Positions 25,605 through 35,602 of a stretch of DNA of 46,875 nt are shown piece by piece. Location of the stretch: the IMG/VR virus record IMGVR_UViG_3300033068_001916, one strand, 5' to 3'. This DNA comes from a virus (lineage: Duplodnaviria > Heunggongvirae > Uroviricota > Caudoviricetes). The notes under the pieces are model-generated. The model saw nothing but the letters and a program-made list of their open reading frames with translations. It was not told the DNA's origin and did not search any database. The number at the start of each line of letters is the position of its first letter. Within the stretch, counting starts at the first letter, position 1. Made by a program: the position numbers and the translations under genes.

Positions 25605-26336
25605 ATGCTTAAACATATAAAAGAATACAACGAATATTCCACCAATGATGACATCATAAATGAGGGTCTTGGAGATGTGTGGGATAGATTTAAAAAAGCT
25701 GTTGGAGACTTCTTCAGTAGGAAAAAAACAATAGTTATAAAGAAGCCAGGTGTCAAAGTTATGGATCCCAAATTAATAACTGGTGAACATATGATATATT
25801 TGACACATCAGCAGGGTCCAAGTGGGCTTGCCAATATAATGAATATTCTTAGGGGAGAGTCTAAAATAGAATCAGGATCAAGAAATAAATTGCTAAATAA
25901 TATGCCGCAATCCGACCCAAGATACACTAAGGTTAAGATTGGAAAAAGCAAGGAGGCAGTTAAGGCATTTCTGGAATATCAGCAATCAACATGGGACAAA
26001 TACAAGAAGGAAGCTCTCAGTAAAATAAACGATCCTGAAAATTTAGAGGTCAAAAAAGCAATAGATAAAACTAAAACTAAATTTCCGGAATTTAGTAAGG
26101 ATTTTATAACAACGGTTGCATACAAGGAATCTAGATTTGATCCAAATCCAAAGACAAACAGAGCATATAGAGGTTTATTTCAGATTGGTGATAGCGCTTG
26201 GACTGAACTTAAGAGAGTTTATCCATCAAAATATAAGGGGCTCAAGGCACCAATTTCTCCAGTAAAGAATACTGAAGCAGGGTGTGATTATTTAAAATTG
26301 GTTTATGATAGATTTGAAAATCTAATCAAGAATTAA
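25605..26336 (+). CDS. Lytic transglycosylase (SLT-like), probable virion-internal
   Basis: VAYKESRFDP and RGLFQI motifs; leader MLKHIKEYNEY...IINE. Confidence 0.75.
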   Translation: MLKHIKEYNEYSTNDDIINEGLGDVWDRFKKAVGDFFSRKKTIVIKKPGVKVMDPKLITGEHMIYLTHQQGPSGLANIMNILRGESKIESGSRNKLLNNMPQSDPRYTKVKIGKSKEAVKAFLEYQQSTWDKYKKEALSKINDPENLEVKKAIDKTKTKFPEFSKDFITTVAYKESRFDPNPKTNRAYRGLFQIGDSAWTELKRVYPSKYKGLKAPISPVKNTEAGCDYLKLVYDRFENLIKN

Positions 26337-26952
26337 AAGCTTCGCAAAAATTATAAAAATTTCTAAATGGTATCCCGTCTAACCAACTTTTTTCGGGATG
26401 AAATTGCAGACCAAAAATCCCAATATCGGTATTTTCAAATCCTGCTATTGGGGTTTCAACAGTTTCTGCTATTAATCTGAATCCTTCTGGTAAGGATCCA
26501 ACCATATATTTATGTGCCATAAAAACAGTTTGGTCAACAGATATATCCAATCCTGTAAAAAGTATACTGTCATATAGATGTACAATAACCTCCGAATATT
26601 CGCCAACCCCAGAATTGCAATCTATTATTTCAGACCCGTAGTATTCACCTATAGATTCCATTCCATAACAAAGACCAAGTTTTGGTAGTCTTGATTCTAG
26701 TATCCGAATTGGCGTTTCTATTTCTGCCTTTGCTGACCCTGATATTATTATACCAAAACATTCTGATAATAGAGATCCTAGGTTTATTTCTAGATTTGGG
26801 TCATTATAACCTATTGCTATAAAGGGTATCCTATTTGCCCTCAATTGTATCTCCACATCAAGATGCGGAGCGTCCATGTGCATAACTAGCAACTTTTTAG
26901 ATGTCCATGATTTAAAGGGAGGTACTCTATTTAGATATAAAGGTATACTCAT
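26326..26952 (-). CDS. Class I glutamine amidotransferase (GMP-synthase-like GATase domain)
   Basis: LGLCYGM (Cys) and GLQFHPE (His-x-Glu); start uncertain. Confidence 0.8.
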   Translation of the reverse strand: MSIPLYLNRVPPFKSWTSKKLLVMHMDAPHLDVEIQLRANRIPFIAIGYNDPNLEINLGSLLSECFGIIISGSAKAEIETPIRILESRLPKLGLCYGMESIGEYYGSEIIDCNSGVGEYSEVIVHLYDSILFTGLDISVDQTVFMAHKYMVGSLPEGFRLIAETVETPIAGFENTDIGIFGLQFHPEKSWLDGIPFRNFYNFCEAFNS

Positions 26953-26962
26953 ATTAATTTTC

Positions 26963-27580
26963 TTATGCTATAAATCTATCTCCTGATATTTCGGAAAGAT
27001 CTATTTCCTCACCGTCTATCTTTATAGAAATTATATTTATTTTAGCACCCTTTACTAATCTTATTTCCATTTCCTCGAAAGAAACAGGTTCTATATTTAG
27101 TCTTATTGTCGGATACCAATCAACAGAAGTCTCATCAACCTCAGCTTCCATTATCGTAGTAAATGGTAATTCTGTATTATAACCCCAGTGTGGTTCTGCA
27201 CCTTTCTCGTCCCAAGACCAATATATCCCGAGATGTTTAGCCTCCGATGAAAGTCTAGATTCCCATTCTTTATTCACTGACATTGCTCTCCAGATTTTAA
27301 TCTTTCCATTTTTTATAAGCTCAGTGTTGGTCTTATTGATAAATTCTGATGCTAGATAATCCAATTCATATTTGGTCCAATTTGAGAATTCATTTTCGTC
27401 AATTTCATCCTCGTTGGAAATACCCTCCTCGTGCATATACTGATGGATTAAAGATTCCCTATTATAGCTATCTGATAATACTATACTTAAGAATTTTTTA
27501 TTTACCACCTCGTCCACTGACAATGATGATATTGATCCCTCATTTATAGGGAAATCTGAATATTCTCTTATTGTTAACAT
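26963..27580 (-). CDS. Putative ADP-ribosyltransferase-fold virion-internal protein
   Basis: Leader MLTIREYSDFPINE; WRAM...IYWSW...EMEI resembles the R-S-E triad. Confidence 0.45.
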   Translation of the reverse strand: MLTIREYSDFPINEGSISSLSVDEVVNKKFLSIVLSDSYNRESLIHQYMHEEGISNEDEIDENEFSNWTKYELDYLASEFINKTNTELIKNGKIKIWRAMSVNKEWESRLSSEAKHLGIYWSWDEKGAEPHWGYNTELPFTTIMEAEVDETSVDWYPTIRLNIEPVSFEEMEIRLVKGAKINIISIKIDGEEIDLSEISGDRFIA

Positions 27581-28327
27581 CTATTCTATTGCATGATTTT
27601 CCCAATATCCATTTGGATAGCTTGGATTTATATAGCATGTATACTCGGCCCAATCCTTGTGGTTATCATTAACATTCCAATGGTTCCATTTTGCATCCTC
27701 GTCCATGAAGGGCTTATATCCAGATTTTTCGATTAGATCAACCATCCATTTTAACAATTCACCTATAATCTTCTCATCTTTTATATTTTCTAGATCCATT
27801 CTGCAAGCAACCCACGGAGTTGTTACATCCTTACCATTCTCTGTGTATGACAATAGCTCAGGGTAAAATACCAATCCAACTTTGTTTATCCATTCAGGAT
27901 TTCTAGAATCCGGATTTAACTCAAATGGGGTCTTTATTTCAATATACCCAGTGTCTATCTGATCGCAGCAGTCATTTTTTAATAGCGCTTCGATTATATC
28001 CGAGATCTCATCATCAAGTTCCTCTGCAATGTTTATTTTGCTCTCGTTAACTTTTTTAAGAATATCATCAGTTACATAACCATCAACCGAATCATCATAG
28101 AAGACTCCAACTTCTTTTCCGCCAATTCTACCTGTGAATGAAATGCAGTTTGCATCGTGATTTTTTATCCAAGACTTAAATTCCACTATTTCACATTCTT
28201 TACCATTGATCCTTATGATGTCACCTGGTTTTTTATCATGTATGGAAAAAAGTGGAGATTGTATATCCGACGTGTCGGTTATTATCCCTTCGTTTAAAAA
28301 CTCCGAAAATTTTAATATCCTAGTCAT
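27581..28327 (-). CDS. Hypothetical protein with capsid-targeting-like leader
   Basis: ATG 28327, MTRILKFSEFLNE. Confidence 0.7.
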   Translation of the reverse strand: MTRILKFSEFLNEGIITDTSDIQSPLFSIHDKKPGDIIRINGKECEIVEFKSWIKNHDANCISFTGRIGGKEVGVFYDDSVDGYVTDDILKKVNESKINIAEELDDEISDIIEALLKNDCCDQIDTGYIEIKTPFELNPDSRNPEWINKVGLVFYPELLSYTENGKDVTTPWVACRMDLENIKDEKIIGELLKWMVDLIEKSGYKPFMDEDAKWNHWNVNDNHKDWAEYTCYINPSYPNGYWENHAIE

Positions 28328-28886
28328 TCTTTTTGCTTTTTGATTTCTTTGCTTGTTTATATAAAGCTCCATCACCAACCTTGGTTGTTCTACCACCTAC
28401 TATGAACGAATTTACTCTAGCAAATCCCCACTGTTCTGGGTTAGTACCAGGCACATGTCCATTTTTCCATGCTGCATATCCTCTAGCAAAAACTTTTCTT
28501 AATATACCTAATGGAAATCCAGATTTTTTAGCCTTGTTCTTTAGAGTGGTATCAACCTTTGAATTTTCAAGTAGTTGTTCCTCTTCCTTGAATTCCTCAA
28601 AAATCTCATAAGCTGCTATCTCCATCTCTGAATTAAATTCCTCTATTGGAACTATATTTCTAGTGCTTTCAAAATCTTCGCTCTCACCGTACATTTCTTT
28701 AAATTTCTTGGTGTATTTGCTTGCCTTTGTTTGGACCTTTTTACCTTTACCTGCTTTACCGCTTTTGTAATCCGCATCCCATGGACCATAGGCTGAATCG
28801 TCATTATCAGCTTTGTCTCCATGCTTTTTTATTTCCCTTTTCATTATGTTGGGATTTGTTGTTAAATATTTCTTTGGATATTTCAT
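28320..28886 (-). CDS. Basic hypothetical protein, C-terminal DUF5824-like domain
   Basis: ILRKVFARGYAAWKNGHVPGTNPEQWGFARVNSF; family name recalled from memory, not searched. Confidence 0.55.
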   Translation of the reverse strand: MKYPKKYLTTNPNIMKREIKKHGDKADNDDSAYGPWDADYKSGKAGKGKKVQTKASKYTKKFKEMYGESEDFESTRNIVPIEEFNSEMEIAAYEIFEEFKEEEQLLENSKVDTTLKNKAKKSGFPLGILRKVFARGYAAWKNGHVPGTNPEQWGFARVNSFIVGGRTTKVGDGALYKQAKKSKSKKND

Positions 28887-29620
28887 GATTGTATATTTTT
28901 TACCCATTCTGTGAATCTTATGATTGATTCATTTAAGGTTTCTCTAAAATTAAAATCCTTTAGGAACTTAGGAAAATCTGCTTTATATCCTCGCTGGGTT
29001 TCGTCGTTTGCATCCTTTGTATACTGCCAATTGAACGATAACTGTGGAGGGGTTTTGAAACCAAAGAACCCTAATACCTCCCTTTCGGTTTTAATCGCTG
29101 TCTCTCCATTCCAATTGTGACCGATTGCTACTACACCACATTCTTTATCCTTTAGTAAATTAGATTCACCTAATGTCGTATGTCTATTTTCCAACCACGT
29201 TAATCTCTCAATCAACTGAGAATAGATAGCATTCATCTTTCCCCATCTAATAGATCCAAAGAATATAATTATATCAGCATCATAAATGGCATTTGCAACC
29301 TTATGCATCTCATCCGTTTTGTTGTTTATTGATGCCCAGCATCTTATAAATTTCTCAGGATTGTTGCTTTTTAGCATTGCTTCTTTAACCCCGCAATTAT
29401 TTCCTTCCCTTGCAGAAACGTTGCCTTCACAAGGAAATATTTTAAGCTTGCTAACATCTATTATTTCTGCATTTTCCAATTTCCTTTTAAGCTCAGCAGC
29501 AATCATGGATGACTTTGGTAATTCCTTCTCTCCTTCCCATCTATTTGAGGTGGTTAGAAAAAGGATTTTCTTTTTCCTGTCTTTCTTAATGTAGTTATAA
29601 AGTCTTTTCAATTTATCCAT
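28883..29620 (-). CDS. Flavodoxin-fold NAD(P)H-dependent FMN reductase/WrbA-like protein
   Basis: ILFLTTSNR, IFPCEG...RCWAS...DEM...ADIIIFFGSIRWG. Confidence 0.75.
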   Translation of the reverse strand: MDKLKRLYNYIKKDRKKKILFLTTSNRWEGEKELPKSSMIAAELKRKLENAEIIDVSKLKIFPCEGNVSAREGNNCGVKEAMLKSNNPEKFIRCWASINNKTDEMHKVANAIYDADIIIFFGSIRWGKMNAIYSQLIERLTWLENRHTTLGESNLLKDKECGVVAIGHNWNGETAIKTEREVLGFFGFKTPPQLSFNWQYTKDANDETQRGYKADFPKFLKDFNFRETLNESIIRFTEWVKNIQS

Positions 29621-29624
29621 GAAT

Positions 29625-29633
29625 TATATATCC
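29625..29633 (-). promoter_or_regulatory. GGATATATA motif heading the minus-strand operon
   Basis: Ends 4 nt upstream of ATG 29620. Confidence 0.55.
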
Positions 29634-29648
29634 ATAATTTTTTTTATC

Positions 29649-29669
29649 CGCAAGATTGTTTTATATTTG
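29649..29669 (+). promoter_or_regulatory. Bacteroidota-type promoter (CG-N11-TAnnTTTG)
   Basis: TATATTTG 29662-29669. Confidence 0.7.
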
Positions 29670-29688
29670 CAATGTAAAAAATTATATT

Positions 29689-30003
29689 ATGACTGTAAGT
29701 GAATTTAGAGAAGATATGGCAGATCTTTCGAGAGAACTCCACGAGAGAGGTGTTAAAGAATTCTATCTTATCTCGGGTACCTCATTAATTAGTAAATATT
29801 CGATACCAGATGAACTGAGAGGTGAATTTGAAGAATTCCATTCAGGTGGGGATTATGGAGAATGGACAGCTAATACTGCTGAATTCATACACCAGTTTGC
29901 TAGAGACATGGAAGCAAATATGATTTTGATGGATTTCGAGATAGATGAATTTTTAGAAAACTTAACAGCTGTCAGAAATTCTGTAGCTGAAAAAATTGAT
30001 TAA
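29689..30003 (+). CDS. Hypothetical protein
   Basis: ATG 29689 lies downstream of the promoter. Confidence 0.65.
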   Translation: MTVSEFREDMADLSRELHERGVKEFYLISGTSLISKYSIPDELRGEFEEFHSGGDYGEWTANTAEFIHQFARDMEANMILMDFEIDEFLENLTAVRNSVAEKID

Positions 30004-30005
30004 TT

Positions 30006-30791
30006 ATGGGACTAGATATAACAGTTTATAAACCAATAAAGGTTACGGACGCCGAGAAAATTGAGGACTATTATGTTCTTAATGAGATGCCAGAATTAAA
30101 TGTATTCAAAGAATTAGCCTTTGAGAAAAAAAACTCATACCACGATCTGGATGCCGCTTTAAAGGAATTGGGTAGAGATCCGGAAGATTTTCTATGGACA
30201 GGTTCTTCTTATGGTGAGATTGCATCTTTTAGCTATCTTGACACAAAACATGAATTATACGAGGTCTATGAATTTCTAAATGAAAATTGGGCTTCAGCAT
30301 ATTTCGAAAGTAAGGAGGAGCTATTCTCTTCCAGCTTATATAATGACTACGTTAGAAGATTTGCTTCCGTGATGAAGAAATTTGGATACCGACCTAGATA
30401 CAAATATTTTGCAAGCGGGAATATGAAGACCTACTATAATCTCAATTCAGCAAGGGATTTTGCTGAGAAATGGGTAAAAATAACAATAGTAGATCCTCCG
30501 GTATTGGATAAGATTGAAACATGTATAGGATTCGAAGAGGTTGGGTATCAAAGAAAGGGAGCTAATAAAAAGTTCTATGAAGATGGGATGTGGGATTCAC
30601 CATGTGTAACTGACATGAAGACTCTAAATTCACATTGGAAGAAATATTTCTCAAAACAAACTCCAGAAAGTAAGGGAGGATGGGGATCAGGTGTTGAATA
30701 CAATAAGGAAGACAATGAAATGCGTGAAGATTTTAAAAGAAATATTATTGACAAGTTTGTTGAGGGAGAGACCTTTGTAATTTATCATTAG
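30006..30791 (+). CDS. Hypothetical protein
   Basis: 261 aa, begins MGLDI. Confidence 0.7.
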   Translation: MGLDITVYKPIKVTDAEKIEDYYVLNEMPELNVFKELAFEKKNSYHDLDAALKELGRDPEDFLWTGSSYGEIASFSYLDTKHELYEVYEFLNENWASAYFESKEELFSSSLYNDYVRRFASVMKKFGYRPRYKYFASGNMKTYYNLNSARDFAEKWVKITIVDPPVLDKIETCIGFEEVGYQRKGANKKFYEDGMWDSPCVTDMKTLNSHWKKYFSKQTPESKGGWGSGVEYNKEDNEMREDFKRNIIDKFVEGETFVIYH

Positions 30792-30812
30792 TATTAATTG
30801 TTTTTATTTTTA

Positions 30813-30851
30813 AAAAATCCTCGGGAATATTTTTTATTCTCGAGGATTTTT
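30813..30851. terminator. Hairpin overlapping the next promoter
   Basis: aaaaatcctcgggaata pairs with tattctcgaggattttt. Confidence 0.65.
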
Positions 30852-30861
30852 ATTATATTTG
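30841..30861 (+). promoter_or_regulatory. Bacteroidota-type promoter (CG-N11-TAnnTTTG)
   Basis: TATATTTG 30854-30861. Confidence 0.7.
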
Positions 30862-30881
30862 TGATGTAATTAAATTGAAGT

Positions 30882-31247
30882 ATGAAACTACAAATAAACA
30901 AAGATCAGATAGCAAGTATTACCCAGCATAACGAGAAAATTTGCCGATATTATGATGAATGGACAGAAGCGGGAAGGGACACATGGTTTTTTGGCCTCGT
31001 AACCATTAATAAATGGGAAGCTGGATACTATTCATCTTTCCTACCTACGTACAGAACTAAGGAGGAGTGGGAGAAAGAGGGACTCTACGAGAAGGAGCCA
31101 AAAGGCGGATTATATTACTATCCACATTTAATCATCACAATGTCAAGTGGTGAAGATGTTAACAAATCATTCAAAAGCATTACTGAGATGGAATGGTGGA
31201 AAGTTCATAATCTTAAAGGAGTAGATCTAATAGAAATAATAGATTGA
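30882..31247 (+). CDS. Hypothetical protein
   Basis: 121 aa ORF. Confidence 0.65.
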   Translation: MKLQINKDQIASITQHNEKICRYYDEWTEAGRDTWFFGLVTINKWEAGYYSSFLPTYRTKEEWEKEGLYEKEPKGGLYYYPHLIITMSSGEDVNKSFKSITEMEWWKVHNLKGVDLIEIID

Positions 31248-31792
31248 TGAAAGTTTTAGTTATACACCCTGAAGACCAATCAACTGATTTCCTAGATGTA
31301 ATTTATAAGGATCATTCGGATTGGACTGTAATCAGATCAGGAATAGGATACGATTTGAGTAAAAAAAAGTTAAAAACACTAATATCTGAGCATGATGTGA
31401 TAATGATGCTTGGACATGGGACAGAATTAGGTCTTATGAATAGTGATTTCAGAGCAGTTATAGATTCATCGTATGTTTATCTTCTGAGAGAGAAATTGAC
31501 TGTCGGTATATGGTGTAATGCAGATCAGTTTTATAAGAAATATAATCTTACCGGATTTGGTACTGGTATGATTATATCCGAGTATATTGAGGCAAATATG
31601 TTTTGTATTAATGCAGATTATTCAGAAATAGATGAATCAAATAGAGCATTTGCAAAAGCAGTAGGTGACAATCTGGATCTTACTAATATACAAAAATCTG
31701 TTATTAACACTAGAAAGGATTATGCTATCATTAACGAAGTAACACAATTTAACAATGAAAATATTTATTCCTTTGAGAAAGGAATCTGTTAG
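31244..31792 (+). CDS. Hypothetical protein, possibly peptidase-like (GHG...WC)
   Basis: MLGHGT...GIWCNA His/Cys pair; speculative. Confidence 0.5.
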   Translation: MMKVLVIHPEDQSTDFLDVIYKDHSDWTVIRSGIGYDLSKKKLKTLISEHDVIMMLGHGTELGLMNSDFRAVIDSSYVYLLREKLTVGIWCNADQFYKKYNLTGFGTGMIISEYIEANMFCINADYSEIDESNRAFAKAVGDNLDLTNIQKSVINTRKDYAIINEVTQFNNENIYSFEKGIC

Positions 31793-31794
31793 CT

Positions 31795-32184
31795 ATGAAG
31801 GATTTATTAGTTGGATTTGAATTGTCAGTGAAGCTTATGAAATTAGGCTTCAATGAACCATGTTTTGCATATTATGGTGAAATAAACGGTGGTGAAATAG
31901 AATTGTTTCATAAGAAAAGTTTCAATATCGAGCATGCTGGTGTTCTTGCTCCGACCATACAACAGGTTGAAAAATGGCTCCTTGAATCACACGAGATTCT
32001 ATTAATACCAAACTTCGACGATAATCACTGGACATGTGATATTTTTGAGTTCGCACAACCAGATTTAATTTATATTGAAACTGTCGCTATAGAGGAGATG
32101 GAATCATATAAGGAATCACTACGTTCCAAGAATTCTGTATTAATTAAGGCAATAGACGAATCAATAAAAAGAATAAAAAGATGA
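31795..32184 (+). CDS. Paralog-family protein 1
   Basis: ELSVKLMKLGFNEPC...APTIQQVEKWL. Confidence 0.7.
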   Translation: MKDLLVGFELSVKLMKLGFNEPCFAYYGEINGGEIELFHKKSFNIEHAGVLAPTIQQVEKWLLESHEILLIPNFDDNHWTCDIFEFAQPDLIYIETVAIEEMESYKESLRSKNSVLIKAIDESIKRIKR

Positions 32185-33173
32185 TAAGAAATCTATTTAA
32201 AAGTTTCCACAAATCGGCACCAGAAAAAGGTGAGGAAATCACGGCCGTGATCACTGATATTTCAGAGGATCAAAGATTGATTGACGAAATCCATAATGAA
32301 TTTGATACAGCTCCGCAGCGTATTCTGGAGCAAGCATTGGAGATCATCAATAGAGAATCCGATGTTAAAATTGGGCTTCAAAGCAATATAGTAGAAAAAG
32401 CCCTTAGATTAAAATCCCTTGGATTTGAAAAAAATGCTTTGGTTCACAATCTTACACACACTGAGAGAGAAATCAGGAGGTCAGAGGGACTTATCGATAT
32501 GAATGGAGAAATGGCACACAGGGTTAGATATTACACAAGTACATATCCATTCTTGAAGTTTCTTCCGGAAAGTGAACTTGATAGGATTTGTGACAAATAC
32601 GGTTTAGTATATGCACCGGTAAAACATTATAAAATGCCAGTTCCTGAAAAGAATTTGAAAGAGATTGAAAATGCACAGCCACTAAAATCAGGGGATGTAC
32701 AAAAATCACTGGTAACATATAAGTTTGAGAACAAATGGACTTCAAAGAACGCGGATTTTGAAAAATTGGTTGAGTTGTTTGGTGGAGACACTTTTAGTGT
32801 AGAAGAATTAGAAAAAATACACCTAGAATATTTTGGTAGTATCATAAATCATAGATTACCTGATACATTTTGGTACTATGGATATCTTGCAAGCAGAGGT
32901 AAAATAAAAGACCCAGTAATTAGTGAGGCATTTATTTCTGATGCAATAGAGACTACCTACGATAGAACAGGACTATTCATAGCTGCTCCAAAAGAACATT
33001 TTGATTTAAGCGAATTAACTTTTGACGAAAAGAAAGGATATTATGAAACTAAGACAGTTAGAATCATTAAGGATCCAATTGTATTCCGTTACGTAAAAGG
33101 TGGGATACAGGTCTTGTCAAAATGGGGTTTAGAGGCTGAGGATCCAGCTTTACAAATAGAAATTTTAAATTAG
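32181..33173 (+). CDS. Hypothetical protein
   Basis: 330 aa; KDPIVFRYVKGG...KWGLEA. Confidence 0.75.
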   Translation: MIRNLFKSFHKSAPEKGEEITAVITDISEDQRLIDEIHNEFDTAPQRILEQALEIINRESDVKIGLQSNIVEKALRLKSLGFEKNALVHNLTHTEREIRRSEGLIDMNGEMAHRVRYYTSTYPFLKFLPESELDRICDKYGLVYAPVKHYKMPVPEKNLKEIENAQPLKSGDVQKSLVTYKFENKWTSKNADFEKLVELFGGDTFSVEELEKIHLEYFGSIINHRLPDTFWYYGYLASRGKIKDPVISEAFISDAIETTYDRTGLFIAAPKEHFDLSELTFDEKKGYYETKTVRIIKDPIVFRYVKGGIQVLSKWGLEAEDPALQIEILN

Positions 33174-33177
33174 CGTG

Positions 33178-33558
33178 ATGAGGAAATTTGAGGATAGATC
33201 AGAGATGACCAGGGAGGAGATCATCGACATGGAGCATTCACTCGAATGTGAAATGTACGGTAAGGATTATCCCGACACATTCAAAAAAGCATACATGCAG
33301 GATTTATCTCCAGATGAAATTGATGAGATTGGTCTGGATCATTCTGCAGTGAATCTAAAAGTTGGAGACAGATATATGACATCCTTCTATACACCATACG
33401 GAATAAAGGGAATAGACTCATGGCTATCTATGCAAATAAAGGAAGGTCCAGGTAGATACACCAAGGAGGAAATGACCAGGATGATCCGTAGAAATCCACA
33501 TCTTTCCAATGTTATAAAAACGAATTTATTGGATAATCTCGAATCAATATGGAAATGA
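33178..33558 (+). CDS. Hypothetical protein
   Basis: Track ORF 33175..33558; ATG 33178 used. Confidence 0.6.
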   Translation: MRKFEDRSEMTREEIIDMEHSLECEMYGKDYPDTFKKAYMQDLSPDEIDEIGLDHSAVNLKVGDRYMTSFYTPYGIKGIDSWLSMQIKEGPGRYTKEEMTRMIRRNPHLSNVIKTNLLDNLESIWK

Positions 33559-33719
33559 CAGTGCAGGATTGCTTAGATCAACTAGACGAGAAAGCAAAAA
33601 TTCTTAAATGGCTTATATATGGAAGTGGTATACATTGTCTTCCTATCTCATCCTTACATATTCTTACAAAAGAAAGAATATGTGAACTTTATAATACTGA
33701 AATGTCATATTTTGAATAA
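33549..33719 (+). CDS. Small hypothetical protein (56 aa), not in the track
   Basis: MEMTVQDCLDQLDEKAKILKWL...EMSYFE; fills the gap exactly. Confidence 0.55.
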   Translation: MEMTVQDCLDQLDEKAKILKWLIYGSGIHCLPISSLHILTKERICELYNTEMSYFE

Positions 33720-33720
33720 A

Positions 33721-34104
33721 ATGATAAAATTAAAAACACCAAAAATAGAGGAGAAGCCAAAATATTGTCATGCTTGGGTTTCGAAGGTTTCGGATAAGGT
33801 CATGTGCAATACTATAATCTGTTGTGGTTATGCATATCACGGTTTACATGACAGAGTAACAAATGGTTTTATGAGATCTGTAAACGAGAATGGAGAATGG
33901 GTTGATGATCCTGACAAGTTAGAAAAAATAGGATCTCATCCTTTGGTTGATGGTAAATTTATGTTCAATGATGGCACATTCCATGATCCCAATAAAACAC
34001 CGGAGCAGTACAAGAAGGATGTAGAGGAAATCCACAGAAGGGTGGACGAGGAGATGAGAGAAAAATTTGGTGATTATATGAACGACTGCGGAGATGATGG
34101 GTAA
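33721..34104 (+). CDS. Hypothetical protein
   Basis: ATG 33721 (MIKLKTPK); track start 33619 overlaps the previous ORF. Confidence 0.65.
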   Translation: MIKLKTPKIEEKPKYCHAWVSKVSDKVMCNTIICCGYAYHGLHDRVTNGFMRSVNENGEWVDDPDKLEKIGSHPLVDGKFMFNDGTFHDPNKTPEQYKKDVEEIHRRVDEEMREKFGDYMNDCGDDG

Positions 34105-34573
34105 GCATTTTGAAAAATATTGTAATCTCCTATATGCATCGGGAGGTCACATGTGGACTAGTCTTAATAACGGAACAGCAATGTACCTTTATGAGGGAGA
34201 AGTTTATTACGAAGGTAGGGATTGTTTTAAGGATGCAAAATACGGCTATCTTTATTTCATAACAAGAGACGATGAGGGTAAAATGTTAGCAAATAAAGCA
34301 TCAAAGAACTATAAGAAGATAGGATATGAACTATCACTAAATCTTGCAATATATTTACTCAAAAAAGCGGACGGTGAGGTTTATAATATTGTCCCGATGG
34401 AAAGAGGGTTTAGAATATTTACTCCCATAGGAACTTACCATTATCACGATGGTAACTTTTATGAGAATCAAGAAATAATAGATAGGCTTTGTGTTGCATT
34501 CGGGGAGGATCTTAAAAAATATCCATTATTTGTGGATCAGGTTGAATTTCAAAATATAGAACATCATGGATAA
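34094..34573 (+). CDS. Hypothetical protein
   Basis: 159 aa ORF. Confidence 0.65.
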   Translation: MMGKHFEKYCNLLYASGGHMWTSLNNGTAMYLYEGEVYYEGRDCFKDAKYGYLYFITRDDEGKMLANKASKNYKKIGYELSLNLAIYLLKKADGEVYNIVPMERGFRIFTPIGTYHYHDGNFYENQEIIDRLCVAFGEDLKKYPLFVDQVEFQNIEHHG

Positions 34574-34971
34574 TGGAAGATAAATTTGTCCCATACGAGG
34601 AAGCATTAAGGCTTAAAGAATTAGGCTTTGATATGCAATGTTTAGCATATTATAGAAAGACTGACAAAAAATTACTACAGACTCAATGGTCTTACATGAT
34701 TAATCATGATAAATTGGATTATGTTATTGGAAATGCTATATTAGCACCAATTTGGCAAGATGCTTTTGATTGGTTTAGAGAGGAACATGGTTATTTCTCA
34801 TCACCAACAGAAAGAGATGATGATTATAAAAAACAATATGATTGTATAATAACCAAAAATTTAGGTTATGGAAAAACTTATATCCATTTCGTAGGATATC
34901 ATAATTCATACCAAGAAGCGCAACTTGCTTGTTTAGATAAACTAATAGAAATTTTAGAGAATGAAAAATAA
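34573..34971 (+). CDS. Paralog-family protein 2
   Basis: PYEEALRLKELGF...APIWQDAFDWFREEH. Confidence 0.75.
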   Translation: MEDKFVPYEEALRLKELGFDMQCLAYYRKTDKKLLQTQWSYMINHDKLDYVIGNAILAPIWQDAFDWFREEHGYFSSPTERDDDYKKQYDCIITKNLGYGKTYIHFVGYHNSYQEAQLACLDKLIEILENEK

Positions 34972-35602
34972 TTTTATACCATACGAACTAGCGGAGAAAA
35001 TGAAATCTCTGGGATATGATGAACCCTGTCTTGCAATGTACTCTGATGAAGTTCTGGAAATGTGGCTTCAGGATCAATATGATTTTAGAGACATTGGACA
35101 GAATGATGGATTCCAATTTAAGAATTCAATGTGGGACGATTCAAGATTTGTAGCAGCACCTCTTTTTCAACAAGCATTTGATTGGTTTCTTGATAATTAT
35201 GGATTATTCGCTGAAACAACTCTATGGGGAGATGGTATAGGATACATGAGCAAGATCAAGGAGATAAGACAGGAGGAATTTAAAGAGGTCTATGATCTTG
35301 GATTTGCAACACCAAATAGGGGAATGCCAAATTGGAATAGAAGCATAGAGTCCTTAGCTTGTCTCAACAAGATAATTGAAATTGCTGAGTCTAAAAGCGA
35401 TCTTGATGAGAAAAGCTGGAGGGTACTAATAAATCCTATTGAAAGGGAGGATTTATTATTATCAATAAGCTCAACTTTACCCGATGATAACGAAACAACA
35501 GAGGAGAGATATAAGGAAACATATAACACCGAACATGGAACATATGAGGTTATATGGGAAAAGAATGATGATGAACCAATTGTTAGAAAATTTATAGGAT
35601 GA
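34961..35602 (+). CDS. Paralog-family protein 3 with C-terminal extension
   Basis: PYELAEKMKSLGY...APLFQQAFDWF. Confidence 0.75.
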   Translation: MKNNFIPYELAEKMKSLGYDEPCLAMYSDEVLEMWLQDQYDFRDIGQNDGFQFKNSMWDDSRFVAAPLFQQAFDWFLDNYGLFAETTLWGDGIGYMSKIKEIRQEEFKEVYDLGFATPNRGMPNWNRSIESLACLNKIIEIAESKSDLDEKSWRVLINPIEREDLLLSISSTLPDDNETTEERYKETYNTEHGTYEVIWEKNDDEPIVRKFIG

